Positions 1-12,871 of a stretch of DNA of 64,000 nucleotides are shown here, in pieces. Below the pieces are notes generated by a model, which was not told the DNA's origin, made no database searches, and saw only the letters and a list, made by a program, of their open reading frames with translations. Each line of letters starts with the position of its first letter. Position 1 is the stretch's first letter. A program made the translations under genes and the position numbers. The stretch is from Octopus vulgaris (lineage: Eukaryota): positions 76,322,001 through 76,386,000 of the forward strand of contig OX597826.1 of assembly GCA_951406725.2 (NCBI GenBank), in the 5' to 3' direction.

Positions 1-1419
1 AAAGTTGTTAGAGTTTAACAAAAAAGTAACGTTAGAGAATAGTAGATTAGAGGGCGAGCTAATCATTATAGCATCGCAAAAAAAAAAACAAGAAATTAAA
101 AAAAAAAACGAATACCACTGAATTTAATTTAGGCTTTTAGTTTAAGTGAAGTCCTAGGACAGATTTTATATTCCAATGTGACAGCCAACATGTAGAACGA
201 ATTACAACTGAAAACTTATTCCGGAAGATTTGTAATATCATCAGAGAATGAAAGGAAGTATATTTGCTACGATCGAATGGAAATACGGGTGAATGGGAGA
301 ATCAGTAAAATTTCACGACTAAAGTATCTTGAAGGGAATTCTTACCACACAGCCTGTGCCTATCATTATTAATTTTGGGAAACCGCGTATCGGTAATGAG
401 GAATACAGCAAAAGACGAGGAAGATTCATTGCAACCGACTTCACTTTGTCTGCTAGAGTCCATGTTTGAGAAATTTCCACCTCACTATCTCGCAAAATCC
501 TTTCTCTTCCACACGCAAATTTGAGGGTTTTCTATAAATGTGAAGGAACTTTTGATTTGTCAGTTTGTATAAAAGATTGTTTTTTTTTTTTTTATCTGCT
601 TGAGAAAACCACAGAGGTCTCAACTTTAATAGTGTTCTTTTCTGATCAGAATATATCATGGATTTCGTTACTCGGTTGTAGCTAATTCACTTACAACTCA
701 TTCTGGTGATGCCCTGAGAAAACAATAAACGTCACATCTTTGCGTTAACCCTTTCTGCGAAAATGGTGCTCTAATGCTTAGAACCAAACTCATCAATTTT
801 AAAACAGGTGGCTTGAATTCCTAATAAAAACTGCTCATTTCCTCTACCCTTGAATATATTTGTGTGCGTATGTGCATGCGCGCGTGTTTCGTGTATCATA
901 TCGTATATGCATAACATAACATAACATAAATAAAACACCGAAACAAAGAACAGGAATATTTATAAAGCCTTTAGCTGTGAAAGGAATTTTTCTTTAAGAA
1001 TAAAAACACTTTTGAGATGTATCATGGACGTAGAGAAAAAAGTGACAGGGAAACTCTTGGCAAATCCGTTTCTCTGTAAATTAGCCGTTCATCAGAAGAG
1101 ACAAACAGCGACCTTTTCCTTGCCGAAACTATAATGGAATGGGAAGCCATATGCCACAGTTGTTTGGGTTGGTCATCACTTGAACGGTCAACAAACTGCG
1201 AAAGATATTCGCCAAGAGTTTATTCCACTTTGTTTCTTCAATATGTTTCCGTTCTCACAGCTAAAGGCGTTCAAATACTCGAGTGCGCGCACACGTACAA
1301 ACACACCTCTCTCATACACACACGCACACACACACACACACGCACACACACATGCACACAACCCAACATACATAACACATAAGGTTTCAAATTTTTGCAC
1401 AAAGCCAGCAATTTCATAA

Positions 1420-1595
1420 GGGAGGGAGCAAGTTGATTACATCGATCCCAGGGTTCAACTGGTACTCATCTTATCGACCCCGGAAGGATGAAAAGCAAAG
1501 TCGACCATAGCAGAATTTGAACCCAGAATCTAAAGAACTGGACGAAACGCTTCTAAGCATTTTATCGGACTCGCTAACGATTATACCAGAACGCC
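1420..1595 (-). mobile_element. SINE family A, diverged copy
   Basis: Contains tatcgaccccggaaggatgaaaagcaaagtcgacc...gaatttgaacccagaa, matching the family A core seen at 13576, 19927, 51787 and 57415. Confidence 0.8.
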
Positions 1596-1672
1596 GTATA
1601 TATATGTATATGTATACATACATATATACATATATATACACACACACATATCTATATATATGTATGTATATG

Positions 1673-1738
<66 letters not shown>

Positions 1739-1921
1739 CGCACGCTTACGTACATATACATACATACACATGCATATATATATATATATATGTATCTGTG
1801 TATATATATATACACCCTGGCTCACAGGGTCGGTTTCCCGATTTCCTTGACGTATAGGTTCCCCCACCTGGACGGAACGCCGGTCCGCCGCAGGTGAGCT
1901 GCAGGATGCAGGTGGAAAGAG

Positions 1922-2118
1922 TGTGCATGCGTGGGTGTGTGGTAGGAAACTTGCTTCCGAACCACATGGTTCTGTCCCACTGCGTGACACCTAGGGCAAA
2001 TGCTTTCTACAATAACCGCGGGTCAACCAAAACCTTGTGGGTGGATTTGGTAGACGGAAACTGAAAGAAGTCCGTCGTATATATGTATATATATATATAT
2101 ATATATACGCATTTACAG

Positions 2119-2172
<54 letters not shown>

Positions 2173-2365
2173 GTGTGTGTCTCTTTGCGTCTGTTTGCCC
2201 CTCCTCCACCATCGCTTGACAACCGATGTTGGTGTGCTTATGTCCTCGAAACTTAGTGGTTCGGCGAAAGTACTAGGCTTACAAAGAATAAGTCCTGGGG
2301 TCGATTTCTTTCACTAAAGGTGGTGCTCCAGCATAGCCGCAGTCAAATGAGTGATACTTGTAAAA
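1922..2365 (+). mobile_element. SINE family B (tRNA-like head, internal TA/TG microsatellite)
   Basis: gtgtggtag...ccacatggttc...cccactgcgtg head, gtggatttggtagacggaaactgaaagaag body and ggtgctccagcat.gccgcagtcaaatga tail; colinear with 12415-12871. Confidence 0.88.
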
Positions 2366-2721
2366 AAAAAAAAGAAAAAGGAAAAAAAAAAAACAGAATG
2401 CATTTTGTTTACGGCGAGCTGTGAATATCGCAAGCATTCATTGAACGATGAAACGAATATCATTTGAAGAATTTGTCTCTCGTGACGACAGTTCGTAGCG
2501 TCTGCCCTTGCTGTGTCTGTTGCCGAAGAGGATATAACCACTCCGAAATGCATGCATTTAAGGGTCTGATTAGGGAGCTCAGCCAACTGACACTGTCTTG
2601 ACATCTGTTTGTCTACAACGAAACATTTTCTCCATAGTAAACAACAAGGAATGGCTTTCTTACGTGTTTGCGTAGGCCTCAAGCGTATTTGAACTGGTAA
2701 CAAGTTTGTATATAATATAGT

Positions 2722-2758
<37 letters not shown>

Positions 2759-2861
2759 GGCCAATACATTCACTAATTCTTCTGATGCTTATATTATCGA
2801 AGGCTTTCCAAGCCCCTTCTTTATATTACACCAAATATACTTTATTACTAACATCTCCATG

Positions 2862-3990
2862 ACTATTACTACGACCGCCACCACCACCATCACCCCCATC
2901 ACCACCACCGCCACCAGCACCACCAGCACCACCACTACCACCACCACCACCACCACCACCACCACCACCACCACCACCACCATACCACCATCATACCACC
3001 ACCATACCACCACCACCACCATCACCACCACCACCACCACCACCACCACCGCCGCTGCCAGCAGCAGCAGCAGCAGCACTACCACCACCACCACCACATC
3101 ACGAAACCAGGAGCTTGAACGTGATCGTTCGGACTGCTAGAAATAACGACCAGATTTCGCACAAATCACACCTTACTATTTAAAAATAACACTTTTAGAT
3201 AAATGTAGTCTTGGATTTCCTGTAAGTAGGAAAATGTACAGGATGGCTAAGGGTGGAACGGATTTGAATAGAGTTGACCTTAGGTTAAACAACAACATCG
3301 CATCACCCTGCCATCTAGTTACTACATGAACGCCACTACATCACAGCACTGCACAACATCCCCGCTTCACTATACCAGGGAACCCGACCTCATCCACACC
3401 AGCATTTCACTAGACCCCTATCCGCTACTCCCATTACACCATCTCAACACTACCACCTCAACACTACACAGCGCAATACCACCCCCCGTCATATGACTAT
3501 GTACTTATTCGATATAAGAGTTCAACGTTAATGTACATATTAACATTGGCACCAACGCCACTACCATCCTTCCACAACCACTACCACCACCACCACCACC
3601 ATCACCATCGACACCACCGCCGCCACCTCCATCATTCGCATCGCCGTCGCCATCTTTTACGCATCGACTGCTACCCACTTCTCATTACTTACTGCCTCCA
3701 CCCTTTCATTGCCTTTCATAACCATCAACCTCGCCATGCCCACCACCACTGCTAGCATTATTGCTGCCATACCACCACAGCCACCACCACCACCACCACC
3801 ACCACCACCACCACCGCCACCACCACCACCACCACCACCACCACTAGCACCACTAGCACCATTACTGTCACTATCCTCGCGCCACTAATTCCACCACAAA
3901 TACTGCACCCCTTAGCACCGTCACCACCACCACCACCACCACCACTGCTTTCACCACCACCACCACCACCACCACTACTATCGCCACCTC
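2862..3990 (+). repeat. (ACC)n/(CAC)n low-complexity tracts
   Basis: Direct inspection; blocks at about 2862-3095 and 3570-3990. Confidence 0.9.
3105..3297 (+). mobile_element. Old interspersed repeat family E (SINE-like)
   Basis: ctgctagaaata.c..cca.at.tc.c.caaatcacacc...aaacaacaac motif recurs near 5365-5530(-), 13370-13565, 14350-14520(-), 23795-23895, 48580-48700 and 49190-49350. Confidence 0.65.
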
Positions 3991-3999
3991 AGCTAATAG

Positions 4000-4125
4000 C
4001 CTTCTGATTGTGACACCTGGTCAAAGCTACGAAGTTGTTAATTACAACACGCGGTAAACCGCCGGTGATGGCCGCCAGCTCTTTTTAATAACAAGAAAAA
4101 GGAGAGCAGAACAAGAGTTTGAGAC

Positions 4126-4165
<40 letters not shown>

Positions 4166-4600
4166 AGAGGGAGGGAGAGAGAGAGAGAGAGGGAGAGAGA
4201 GAGGGAGAGGGGGGAGAAAGAAGGAAAGAGAATGAAAAAGAATGAAGTAGAATGGAGTTAGATATAGCGGGACCTGATCATTCCCAAGAGGGTTCGGCAG
4301 ACCTGCGTTTTATGGTACTTAGCGCGTGGTTTAGTAGCTGCTATCAAAGGCGGAAGGAAGGCAATAAATACTGATGGAGCTTCGGAACCGACAACGGCAT
4401 CGGGCATTTTCCCCCCTCTTTCTCTTTTTTTTCTCTCTTTCTCTTTCTCTTTCTTTTTTTGTCCCTCCCCCCCTTTTTTTTTCTTTTTATAGGAAGGCGA
4501 TTGGTTTGAGACACGGTGACTGGTGTTATTGGCTTGGTAATTAAATTAACCGAATCGATAGAGGGTGATATAATTAGCGAACGATTGGTGGAGGGGGTGA
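4000..4600. promoter_or_regulatory. Candidate cis-regulatory island
   Basis: Mostly unique CpG-containing sequence between microsatellites, with ATCAAAG (TCF/LEF, 4343-4349), TTTTATGG (4308-4315), CAATAAA and TAATTA homeodomain-type motifs. Motif evidence only. Confidence 0.35.
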
Positions 4601-4669
4601 GCGGCGATGCTCTGATGTAGTTCGTGCTTATGATTGTTGTTGTGATGCTGTGACGCTGTGTTGGCGCTC

Positions 4670-4670
4670 G

Positions 4671-4701
<31 letters not shown>

Positions 4702-5011
4702 CATAAGGGCTGCTGGGATGCTGCGATGCGTGCTGAGGATGATGGCGGCGGTGTTGGTCGCAGAAGCGGTAACGTTGACGCTGATGCTAGTAGGGGGGGG
4801 GGGGGTTGTTTGTGATTGTCTAGGTGGTAGTAGAGCCATTGTTGTGGTTGTTGTTGTTGTTGGTGGTGGTGGTGGTGGTGTCGGAATTGATTCTTGTGTT
4901 GTTGCCAGTGGTGGTGGTGGTGGTGGTGGTTGCGATATTAGAGGTCTTGCTGTTGTTGTCGGTGACGGTGCTTGTGGTGGGGTTGGTGTTGATCGTAGTT
5001 TTGGTGGTAGT

Positions 5012-5042
<31 letters not shown>

Positions 5043-5276
5043 CTGGTATGGTTGTTGGTATTGATAGGGATACGAGAGAGGTATAGCAATTATAATACTA
5101 ATAGTGGCCGGAATAGTGTTAATGGTGGTATGGGTGATAGGGGTGGTATGGGTATAGTGGTGGTGGTGGTAATAAAACCGATAGCGAGTGGTGATAATGG
5201 AGATTTCAGTAGTGGTGGGGTTAGTAGTAGCAGTAGCAGTAGTAGTAGTTATAGTAGTAGTAGTAGTAGTAGTAGT

Positions 5277-5354
<78 letters not shown>

Positions 5355-6330
5355 TGGAATCAACCATCATCAGACAGAGCCATGATCAAAGATAACCCAA
5401 CCGTGACCAACCCATCTTTTCCCGATCTCTATGGACTCAAGAGAATATATTTATCCAACAAGTCCTTCTTTAATATCAGATGAGGGATGTAATTTAAAGG
5501 AGATTTGGCTGCTATTTCTGATATTTCGAACCACCGCAGACAGGCTCTGTCGCAGATTTTCAGTAGTAGCAGTGGAGTGGTAGTGGTGGTGGTGGTGGTA
5601 GTAGCTGTGATGGTAATTGTTGTTGTGATGGTAATGGTGGTGATGGTAATGGTGGTGTTGATGGTGGTGGTGGTGGTGGTGATGGTAATGGTGGCTGTGA
5701 TAGTGGTGATGGTGATGGCTGTCATGGTGGTGTTGGTGATGGTGGCTGTGATGATGATGATGGTGATGGTGGTGATGGTGATTGCTGTGATGGTGGTGGT
5801 GGTGATGGTGGTCGTGGTGGTGATGGTGGCTGTGATGGTATTGGCGGTGGTGATTGTGATGGTTGTTGTGCTGGTGATGGTGTTGGTGGGTGCTATTGGC
5901 CGAAATGATGGTACGGCAAAGCTGCTGATGAAAATAGGTATTATGTTCTGTGGGGGTGGAGTTGTTAATGCTAGTGGAGTACGGTAAAGGTGTTAATGGC
6001 GGCGGCACCGGTGGTGGGGGGTAGTGGTGGTGGGGGGTAGTAGTGGTGGGGGTAGTAGTGGCGGGGGTAGTGGTGCAAGATAATTCTATGGGTTACAGAG
6101 CGACGGGGTGTTGTCATAGTGTCATAGTAGATGGTGGTGGTGGTGGTAGTGGGTGTTACTATTCTTCTGCCACCGTGCTTCCATACATTTTGCAGTTCTA
6201 ATTATTGTTGTTGTTGTTGCTGAGGTGGAGATTGTCGTTGTTGTTGCTGTTGTTGTTGTTGTCATCACATTTGTTGTTGTTGTTGTTCCATGTTTACTGC
6301 TGTTATTGCTGTTGTTGTTGTTGCCATCGT
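4670..6330 (+). repeat. (GGT)n/(GTT)n/(AGT)n/(AGC)n low-complexity tracts
   Basis: Direct inspection. Confidence 0.9.
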
Positions 6331-6841
6331 GGCTCTTGTCCCTGTCGTCGGCTTTTGTAGTAGCGGTTGTGTGGTCCAGACCCACGTCATCCTTCACTGA
6401 ACAGTTGCATTATCATAGACAATCAAACCTGGACCATCCCCGTGCTTTTATTGATTGCGACTTCCTTTACTTAGCGTAACAGTGTTTAACTTGAGGGACT
6501 CAAGGCTGCTATTTCAAGCAGGTTGACTCACCCCAGATTGCTCCCTCGTCGGGTCATTCGCCCCTTGATATTGAATGAGTATTTATGTGACGTGCGGAGG
6601 AGTCCTGGAGTTGAGCATCGTCTGTATGTATATGTGAGTACGTGTGTGCGCGGGTGTGCGAGTGTATGTGTGTGCTCTTGTGCTGTATGAGTGTGTGTAT
6701 ACACGCACACACGCACACATACATACATATATATATGTGTATATATATAAATATATATATATACATACATATATATATATACATACATATATATATATAT
6801 ATATATACATATATATAACTATATAAAATTATAATTTAGGG

Positions 6842-6882
6842 TATCTAAGAGATACCACCAGTGTGGTGGTATCTCTTAGATA
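6842..6882. repeat. Perfect 19-bp hairpin in an AT-rich element embedded in (TA)n
   Basis: tatctaagagataccacca-gtg-tggtggtatctcttagata. Confidence 0.9.
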
Positions 6883-6998
6883 TTTATAATTATAATTTTG
6901 ATAATAATTATTACCTTTGAAGGTTTTTATTCTCATGCTGGCCACTTGATAAGTTCGATATTTAAATAACAATCTTATCCTTATTTATATAAATTTAG

Positions 6999-7039
<41 letters not shown>

Positions 7040-7044
<5 letters not shown>

Positions 7045-7424
7045 ATATATAAACGGCAGTTTGTCTGTGCGTGTTTCTGTGTGTCTGTTTTCTCGTACCC
7101 TCACCCTGACCACGGCTTTCAACCGATTCTGATGAAACTTGACACACACATAGCCCAATGTCATAATTCAAAACTAACGCAGCGAAAATTTTGAAAAGTT
7201 AACCCCAGTTCTGAAAAAATCGATAAATTCGACATGGGGTCGAGAATCAAAAAAAACAAACCACAGACTGTCTAGGGGACGCAACTCAACCTTTTTTTAC
7301 TCTCAAAAAAAAATTTACCATAATTTTTTTTCCATTTTTTTGCTATTTTTTGGCTATAACTCTCTAAAAATGCTTTATAGTTATTTCCCTTACAAACCTG
7401 AGCAACGCCGGGCGATACTGCTAG
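7040..7424 (+). mobile_element. Non-autonomous Helitron, full length (about 385 bp)
   Basis: 5' TC(tctatatataaa), subterminal hairpin cctgagcaacgccggg, 3' CTAG, inserted between A and T within (TA)n with no TSD; second copy at 15716-15968. Confidence 0.85.
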
Positions 7425-7485
7425 TATATATATATATATATATATATCTTGTACCATTCTGTATTTTTATATATATTTTTTATAC

Positions 7486-7522
<37 letters not shown>

Positions 7523-7551
7523 ACTATATATAACTATATAACTATATAATC

Positions 7552-7695
7552 TCAAGATTAATCAGCCGAAATTGCGAAGATGATCTGGTTCTTGACTGAT
7601 GACTGAGGGCTTCGAATGTCCCGTCCTGTGGTTCTTGTGTCGTCTCCTTGGTGTTTCACGTTCTTGTCCCAGTTTGTATTTATTTTTTACTGTTT
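7552..7695 (+). mobile_element. Short microsatellite-flanked repeat (second copy 29295-29436)
   Basis: tcaagattaatcagccgaaatt...ggttcttgactga.gactgaggg.ttcgaatgtcc shared between the two loci. Confidence 0.8.
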
Positions 7696-7795
<100 letters not shown>

Positions 7796-7947
7796 CCAAC
7801 CAACTAAGGGATAATATCGATCCAATATACTGCAGGTAGAATACCCAATTACTAATACACAAGTATTTTTTCATTGCATAGAAATTATATTACCGAGTGT
7901 AATAAATGGGTGAAGATAAAAAGTTGTTTTACCTTTAATTTATAGAT

Positions 7948-8180
7948 CAATTAGAAAATGGAGGGGATCAAGAGTTGGTATTCATCAACTTTTAGCCATT
8001 ATATTATGTCTATTTATTCATTTTTATATTTTTATATTTTATAGTTTATATATTATATATCTAAAGCATAATATGATAAATATGTATGTATATTGTTATA
8101 ATTGCCTTTTCAAAAAATAGACATAATAATGTCTAAAAGTTGATGAATACCACCTCTTGATCGCCTCCGTTTTCTTATTG
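7948..8180. repeat. Fold-back element, arms 7948-8015 / 8115-8180
   Basis: gatcaagagttggtattcatcaacttttag versus ctaaaagttgatgaataccacctcttgatc. Confidence 0.85.
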
Positions 8181-8260
<80 letters not shown>

Positions 8261-8501
8261 GCATACTTACATGCATGCACACATATACGTGTGCGCATGG
8301 AGTAAGAGAACCCGTCGATCTTTAATTTTATGTATGTAAGTATATATATATAGCTGAAGAATTAAAATTAATCAAAAGAAATACTAAGTATGTCTACCTG
8401 CTGGAAATAACAGTCAAAACTCTTATTTAAATCGCCAAATACACAGTTAATAACTACAACAATCAACCGTCCGAAGGCATATATATATGTACGTATGTAT
8501 A

Positions 8502-8892
8502 TATATATTAGAAGAAATGAGGTAATCAGAAGATCGGATGGTTCATATTTACAGATATTTATATATTACATTTTTTACATATATATATCATATCATTCAG
8601 ATCATATCATTCAGATCATTAGCGCTTTCTCCCATTCTAGTTGGGTTTTCAAATCAAAATAATTCTTTTGTGGGGAATTTTAATCATTTTATAGAGTTTG
8701 TATAAAATGATTAAAATTCCCCACAAAGGAATTATTTTGATTTGAAAACCCCTCTAGAATGGGAGAAAGCGCTAATGATCTGAATGATATGATCTGAATG
8801 ATATGATATATATATGCAAAAAATGTAATATATAAATATCTGTAAATATGAACCATCCGATCTTCTGATTACCTCATTTCTTCTAATATATA
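8502..8892. repeat. Near-perfect palindrome of about 390 bp (arms about 190 bp, 7-nt loop 8694-8700)
   Basis: ttagaagaaatgaggtaatcagaagatcggatgg... mirrored by ...ccatccgatcttctgattacctcatttcttctaa; about 4 mismatches counted by eye. Confidence 0.95.
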
Positions 8893-8932
8893 ATACCTGT
8901 ACAACATCTCCAAACCTTCCAATATATATATA

Positions 8933-9296
8933 TGATGGAAGCACTCCGTCGGTTACGACGACGAGGGTTCCGGTTGATCTGAAACAACGGAACAGCCTGC
9001 TCGTTAAATTAACGTGTAAGTGGCTGAGCACTTCACAGACACGTGTACCCTTAACGTAGTTCTCGGGGATATTCAGCGTGACACAGAGAGTGACAAGGCC
9101 GGCCCTTTGAAATACAGGTACAACAGAAACAGGAAGTAAGAGTGAGAGAAAGTTGTGGTGAAAGAGTACAGCAGGGATCACCACCATCCCTGCCGGAGCC
9201 TCGTGGAGCTTTAGGTGTTTTCGCTCAATAAACACTCACAACGCCCGGTCTAGGAATCGAAACCGCGATCCTGCGACTGGGCCATTGCGCCTCCAC
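8933..9296 (-). mobile_element. SINE family C, tail type 1
   Basis: Reverse complement starts gtggaggcgcaatggcccagt (tRNA-like head, B box ggtttcgattcc, short deletion in the head); body shared with 12142 and 15987 copies. Confidence 0.88.
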
Positions 9297-9316
9297 ACAC
9301 ACACACACACACACAT

Positions 9317-9373
<57 letters not shown>

Positions 9374-9582
9374 TATATATGTGTGTGTGTGTGTATATAT
9401 TTAATCGTCAAAAATTAGGAAGAGAATCAAGGGCCGAATGTCTCTTTCATGGCATTTTAATAAATTTGTTAAGTGCCAGAAACGAAAATTTCGAACCTTG
9501 AATCACTTCCACCGATTAAAATTATTAAAATGCACACTCTCATCTATTCAATTCTATTTATCTTGTTTTTCAACAAAATCTA

Positions 9583-9619
<37 letters not shown>

Positions 9620-9643
9620 ATCCATCCATCCATCCATCCATCC

Positions 9644-9762
<119 letters not shown>

Positions 9763-10881
9763 GTAGTAGTAGTAGTAGTAGTAGGGATGTGTGGCGTGTG
9801 ATATGTACAAAAGTTGTGTTATGTAGTGTTTTTGTTTATCGAGTAAGCCTACAATGAAAAGTGTTCCATCCAGGACCACCTCATTTATTTAAGTGCATTT
9901 TGGATCAGATTATCCAATGTGTCTTTTCCATCACACAAATCAATTGTGTGGGATTTGAAAATGTCTTTGTTCTTTTAAGAAAAGTGGAAACAACTGAAAG
10001 TAGAGGCCGTGAAAATGGTGTGGTGTTTCATAAACGTAACGCAGGAGAACGACAAACGACCGTACAGGAAACAGGTAAAACGGCCGAAAGGACTTGAACA
10101 TGGTCAACCCTCATAAGGTATCGAAATTGTGATGAATTTTGATCGATCACTGATGAGGGGTTATCGTGTCCACGATTATTTCTATGGCTTTGTCAAAAGA
10201 GGGAAGGCATCATTCTTGACTCTTTTAAGGACCTCCTCGACTGGTGAAAGGAAGAGAGGAAATATTTCTTAGACAGGAGACTAACCTGAATATTTAAAAG
10301 ATAATTGACCCTGTGGAAGGCCCTTAGGGGTCAGGTATTTGTTTTAGACAAGACAAAATACTACGTGGAAACTGCTGCATTATTGGTTCACGATAATCGG
10401 TTGTTTGTTGTGATTGTTGTCTAACCAGAGGTCAGTTCTGAGCGAGAAGACCCATCTTCAATGTTATTCTAGCTGTGACCACCCCGTCTTTTTCCAATGT
10501 TTTCCAAGAGAATATACTGTATATTGTAGACCTAAGTTCGGTCAACAATATCCAAAATATTCTCTTGGAAAACTTTTAGATGTCACTGGAGGGGAAATTT
10601 GGTTGATATTTCTGGCAGATTGAATGACCTCGTACAGGCTCCGTTGTCGCCTGGTCATAAAATGCAGTTTGTAGTTTTTAGTTCAGTGTTTCAGAGTACA
10701 AGTTGCACATTAGCTGAGCGGTGCAACGGTGCAATAGTGGTATTACTGGTCGCAGAGAAAAACGTACACATTCGTACACACACGCATGCACACTCACACA
10801 TACACACATACAAACAGCTGTAAAAATAAATAAATAAATATATATATATATGAATGTATGTAAATATATATATGTACGTGT

Positions 10882-10913
<32 letters not shown>

Positions 10914-10943
10914 GTGTGTTTGTGTGTGTGTGTATATATATAT

Positions 10944-10997
<54 letters not shown>

Positions 10998-11210
10998 GCA
11001 CACACAAATTCTTATATGTACTGGAATGCATATACGCACACAAACGCACATATACATATGCATGCAAACTCCAGTACACATGTATGCGTGAGCACACGCG
11101 TATAATTATATAAAACACATGTATGTCCGTACATATATATATAGATAGAGAGAGAGAGAGAGCGTGAGTGATATATACATATATATATGTATATATGTAT
11201 ATATCACTCA

Positions 11211-11250
<40 letters not shown>

Positions 11251-11539
11251 TTCTCTCTTCCTCCATATAGATATATATGTGTGTGTATGTATATATAGTT
11301 TCTCATTCAAAAGTCTATAAATGCCTACGCACATTCTTGACACATATACATACCGAAATACAACTCGCACACATATACATGCATGCACACATATACACAT
11401 ACAGCCTCAAGCATACTTATATATACACACATACATAGACATGCATCATCGTACATGGGCCGTACACGGACACACTCAGTCACACATACACACTCACATA
11501 TTTAGAAATATATTCACACACGCATATACATAGACATAA

Positions 11540-11627
<88 letters not shown>

Positions 11628-11639
11628 GCACGCAACTCT

Positions 11640-11900
11640 TGAGGCACGGGTCAACTACAAACTATAAATTGTTCAGCCGTGACTAATACAACTTTTGTAT
11701 TCAGCCGTGCATCGTTGGTTTTCTACTCTCGACCCCCGCCTAATAACGGCCCCTCCTTTACATTCAATAAACCCAAACATCGATCCCTTTCTTCTAAACA
11801 CAAACACACCCCACCTGCTCGATCCACACCTCCAACTGGTCATAACTACGGAAGGTAACTTTGATTAATTAACAGATACTCATTCTCCCATCTCCCTGTC
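11640..11900. promoter_or_regulatory. Candidate cis-regulatory island
   Basis: Unique sequence with CTTTGAT (11859-11865) abutting TAATTAA, and a duplicated ttcagccgtg. Confidence 0.25.
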
Positions 11901-12141
11901 GTGATAATGGCCATATTGCCAGTTAATGTCGCAGCAGTAGTAGCAGCAGTAGCAGCAGCAGCAGCAGAGGCAATAGGAACAATAACAAGATTAACTGTTA
12001 CAACAATAGTACCAGTAGCAACAACAACAATTACAACAACGATAGCAATACCAGTAGCAAGAAGAGTTACAATAACTGCAGGAGGAAGAACAACAACAAC
12101 TAAAATCAGTGGCAGCAGCAGCCGTAGCAGTAGCAACTACA

Positions 12142-12399
12142 GTGGAGGCGCAATGGCCCAGTGGTTAGGGCAGCGGACTCGCGGTCGGAGGATCGCGGTT
12201 TCGATTCCCAGACCGGGCGTTGTGTGTGTTTATTGAGCGAAAACGCCTAAAGCTCCACGAGGCTCCGGCAGGGAGTGGTGGCGACCCCTGCTGTACTCTT
12301 TCGCCCCAACTTTCTCTCACTCTTTCTTCCTGTTTCTTGTCTCCGACTTCCTACGCAACCGCTGAGCCTGGATGCGCATTCATCCATCCGTCGATGGAT
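12142..12399 (+). mobile_element. SINE family C, tail type 2
   Basis: gtggaggcgcaatggcccagtggttagggcagcggactcgcggtcggaggatcgcggtttcgattccc: intact A/B-box tRNA-like head. Confidence 0.9.
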
Positions 12400-12414
12400 A
12401 TATATATATATATA

Positions 12415-12566
12415 GGCGCAGGAGTGGTTGTGTGGTAAGTAGCTTGCTTACCAACCACATGGTTCCGGGTTCAGTCCCACTGCGTGGCATCTTGGGCAAA
12501 TGTCTTCTGCTATAGCCTCGGGCCGACCAATGCCTTGTGAGTGGATTTGGTAGACGGAAACTGTCG

Positions 12567-12653
<87 letters not shown>

Positions 12654-12871
12654 ATACGTTTGTGTGTCTGCGTTTGTCCCCCCACCATCGCTTGACAACC
12701 GATGCTGGTGTGTTTACGTCCCCGTCACTTAGCGGTTCGGCAAAAAGAGCCCGATAGTAATAAGTACTGGGCTTACAAAGAATAAGTCCCGGAGTCGATT
12801 TGCTCGACTAAAGGTGGTGCTCCAGCATGGCCGCAGTCAAATGACTGAAACAAATAAAAGAGTAAAAGAGT
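12415..12871 (+). mobile_element. SINE family B, near full length
   Basis: ggcgcaggagtggttgtgtggtaag...ccgggttcagtccc head, cttgggcaaatg CORE-like segment, taaaagag repeated tail. Confidence 0.9.

Noticed and set aside
12142-12215. SINE heads called as tRNA genes (also 29561)
   Set aside because: The A/B boxes continue into SINE bodies and the cloverleaf pairing is incomplete.
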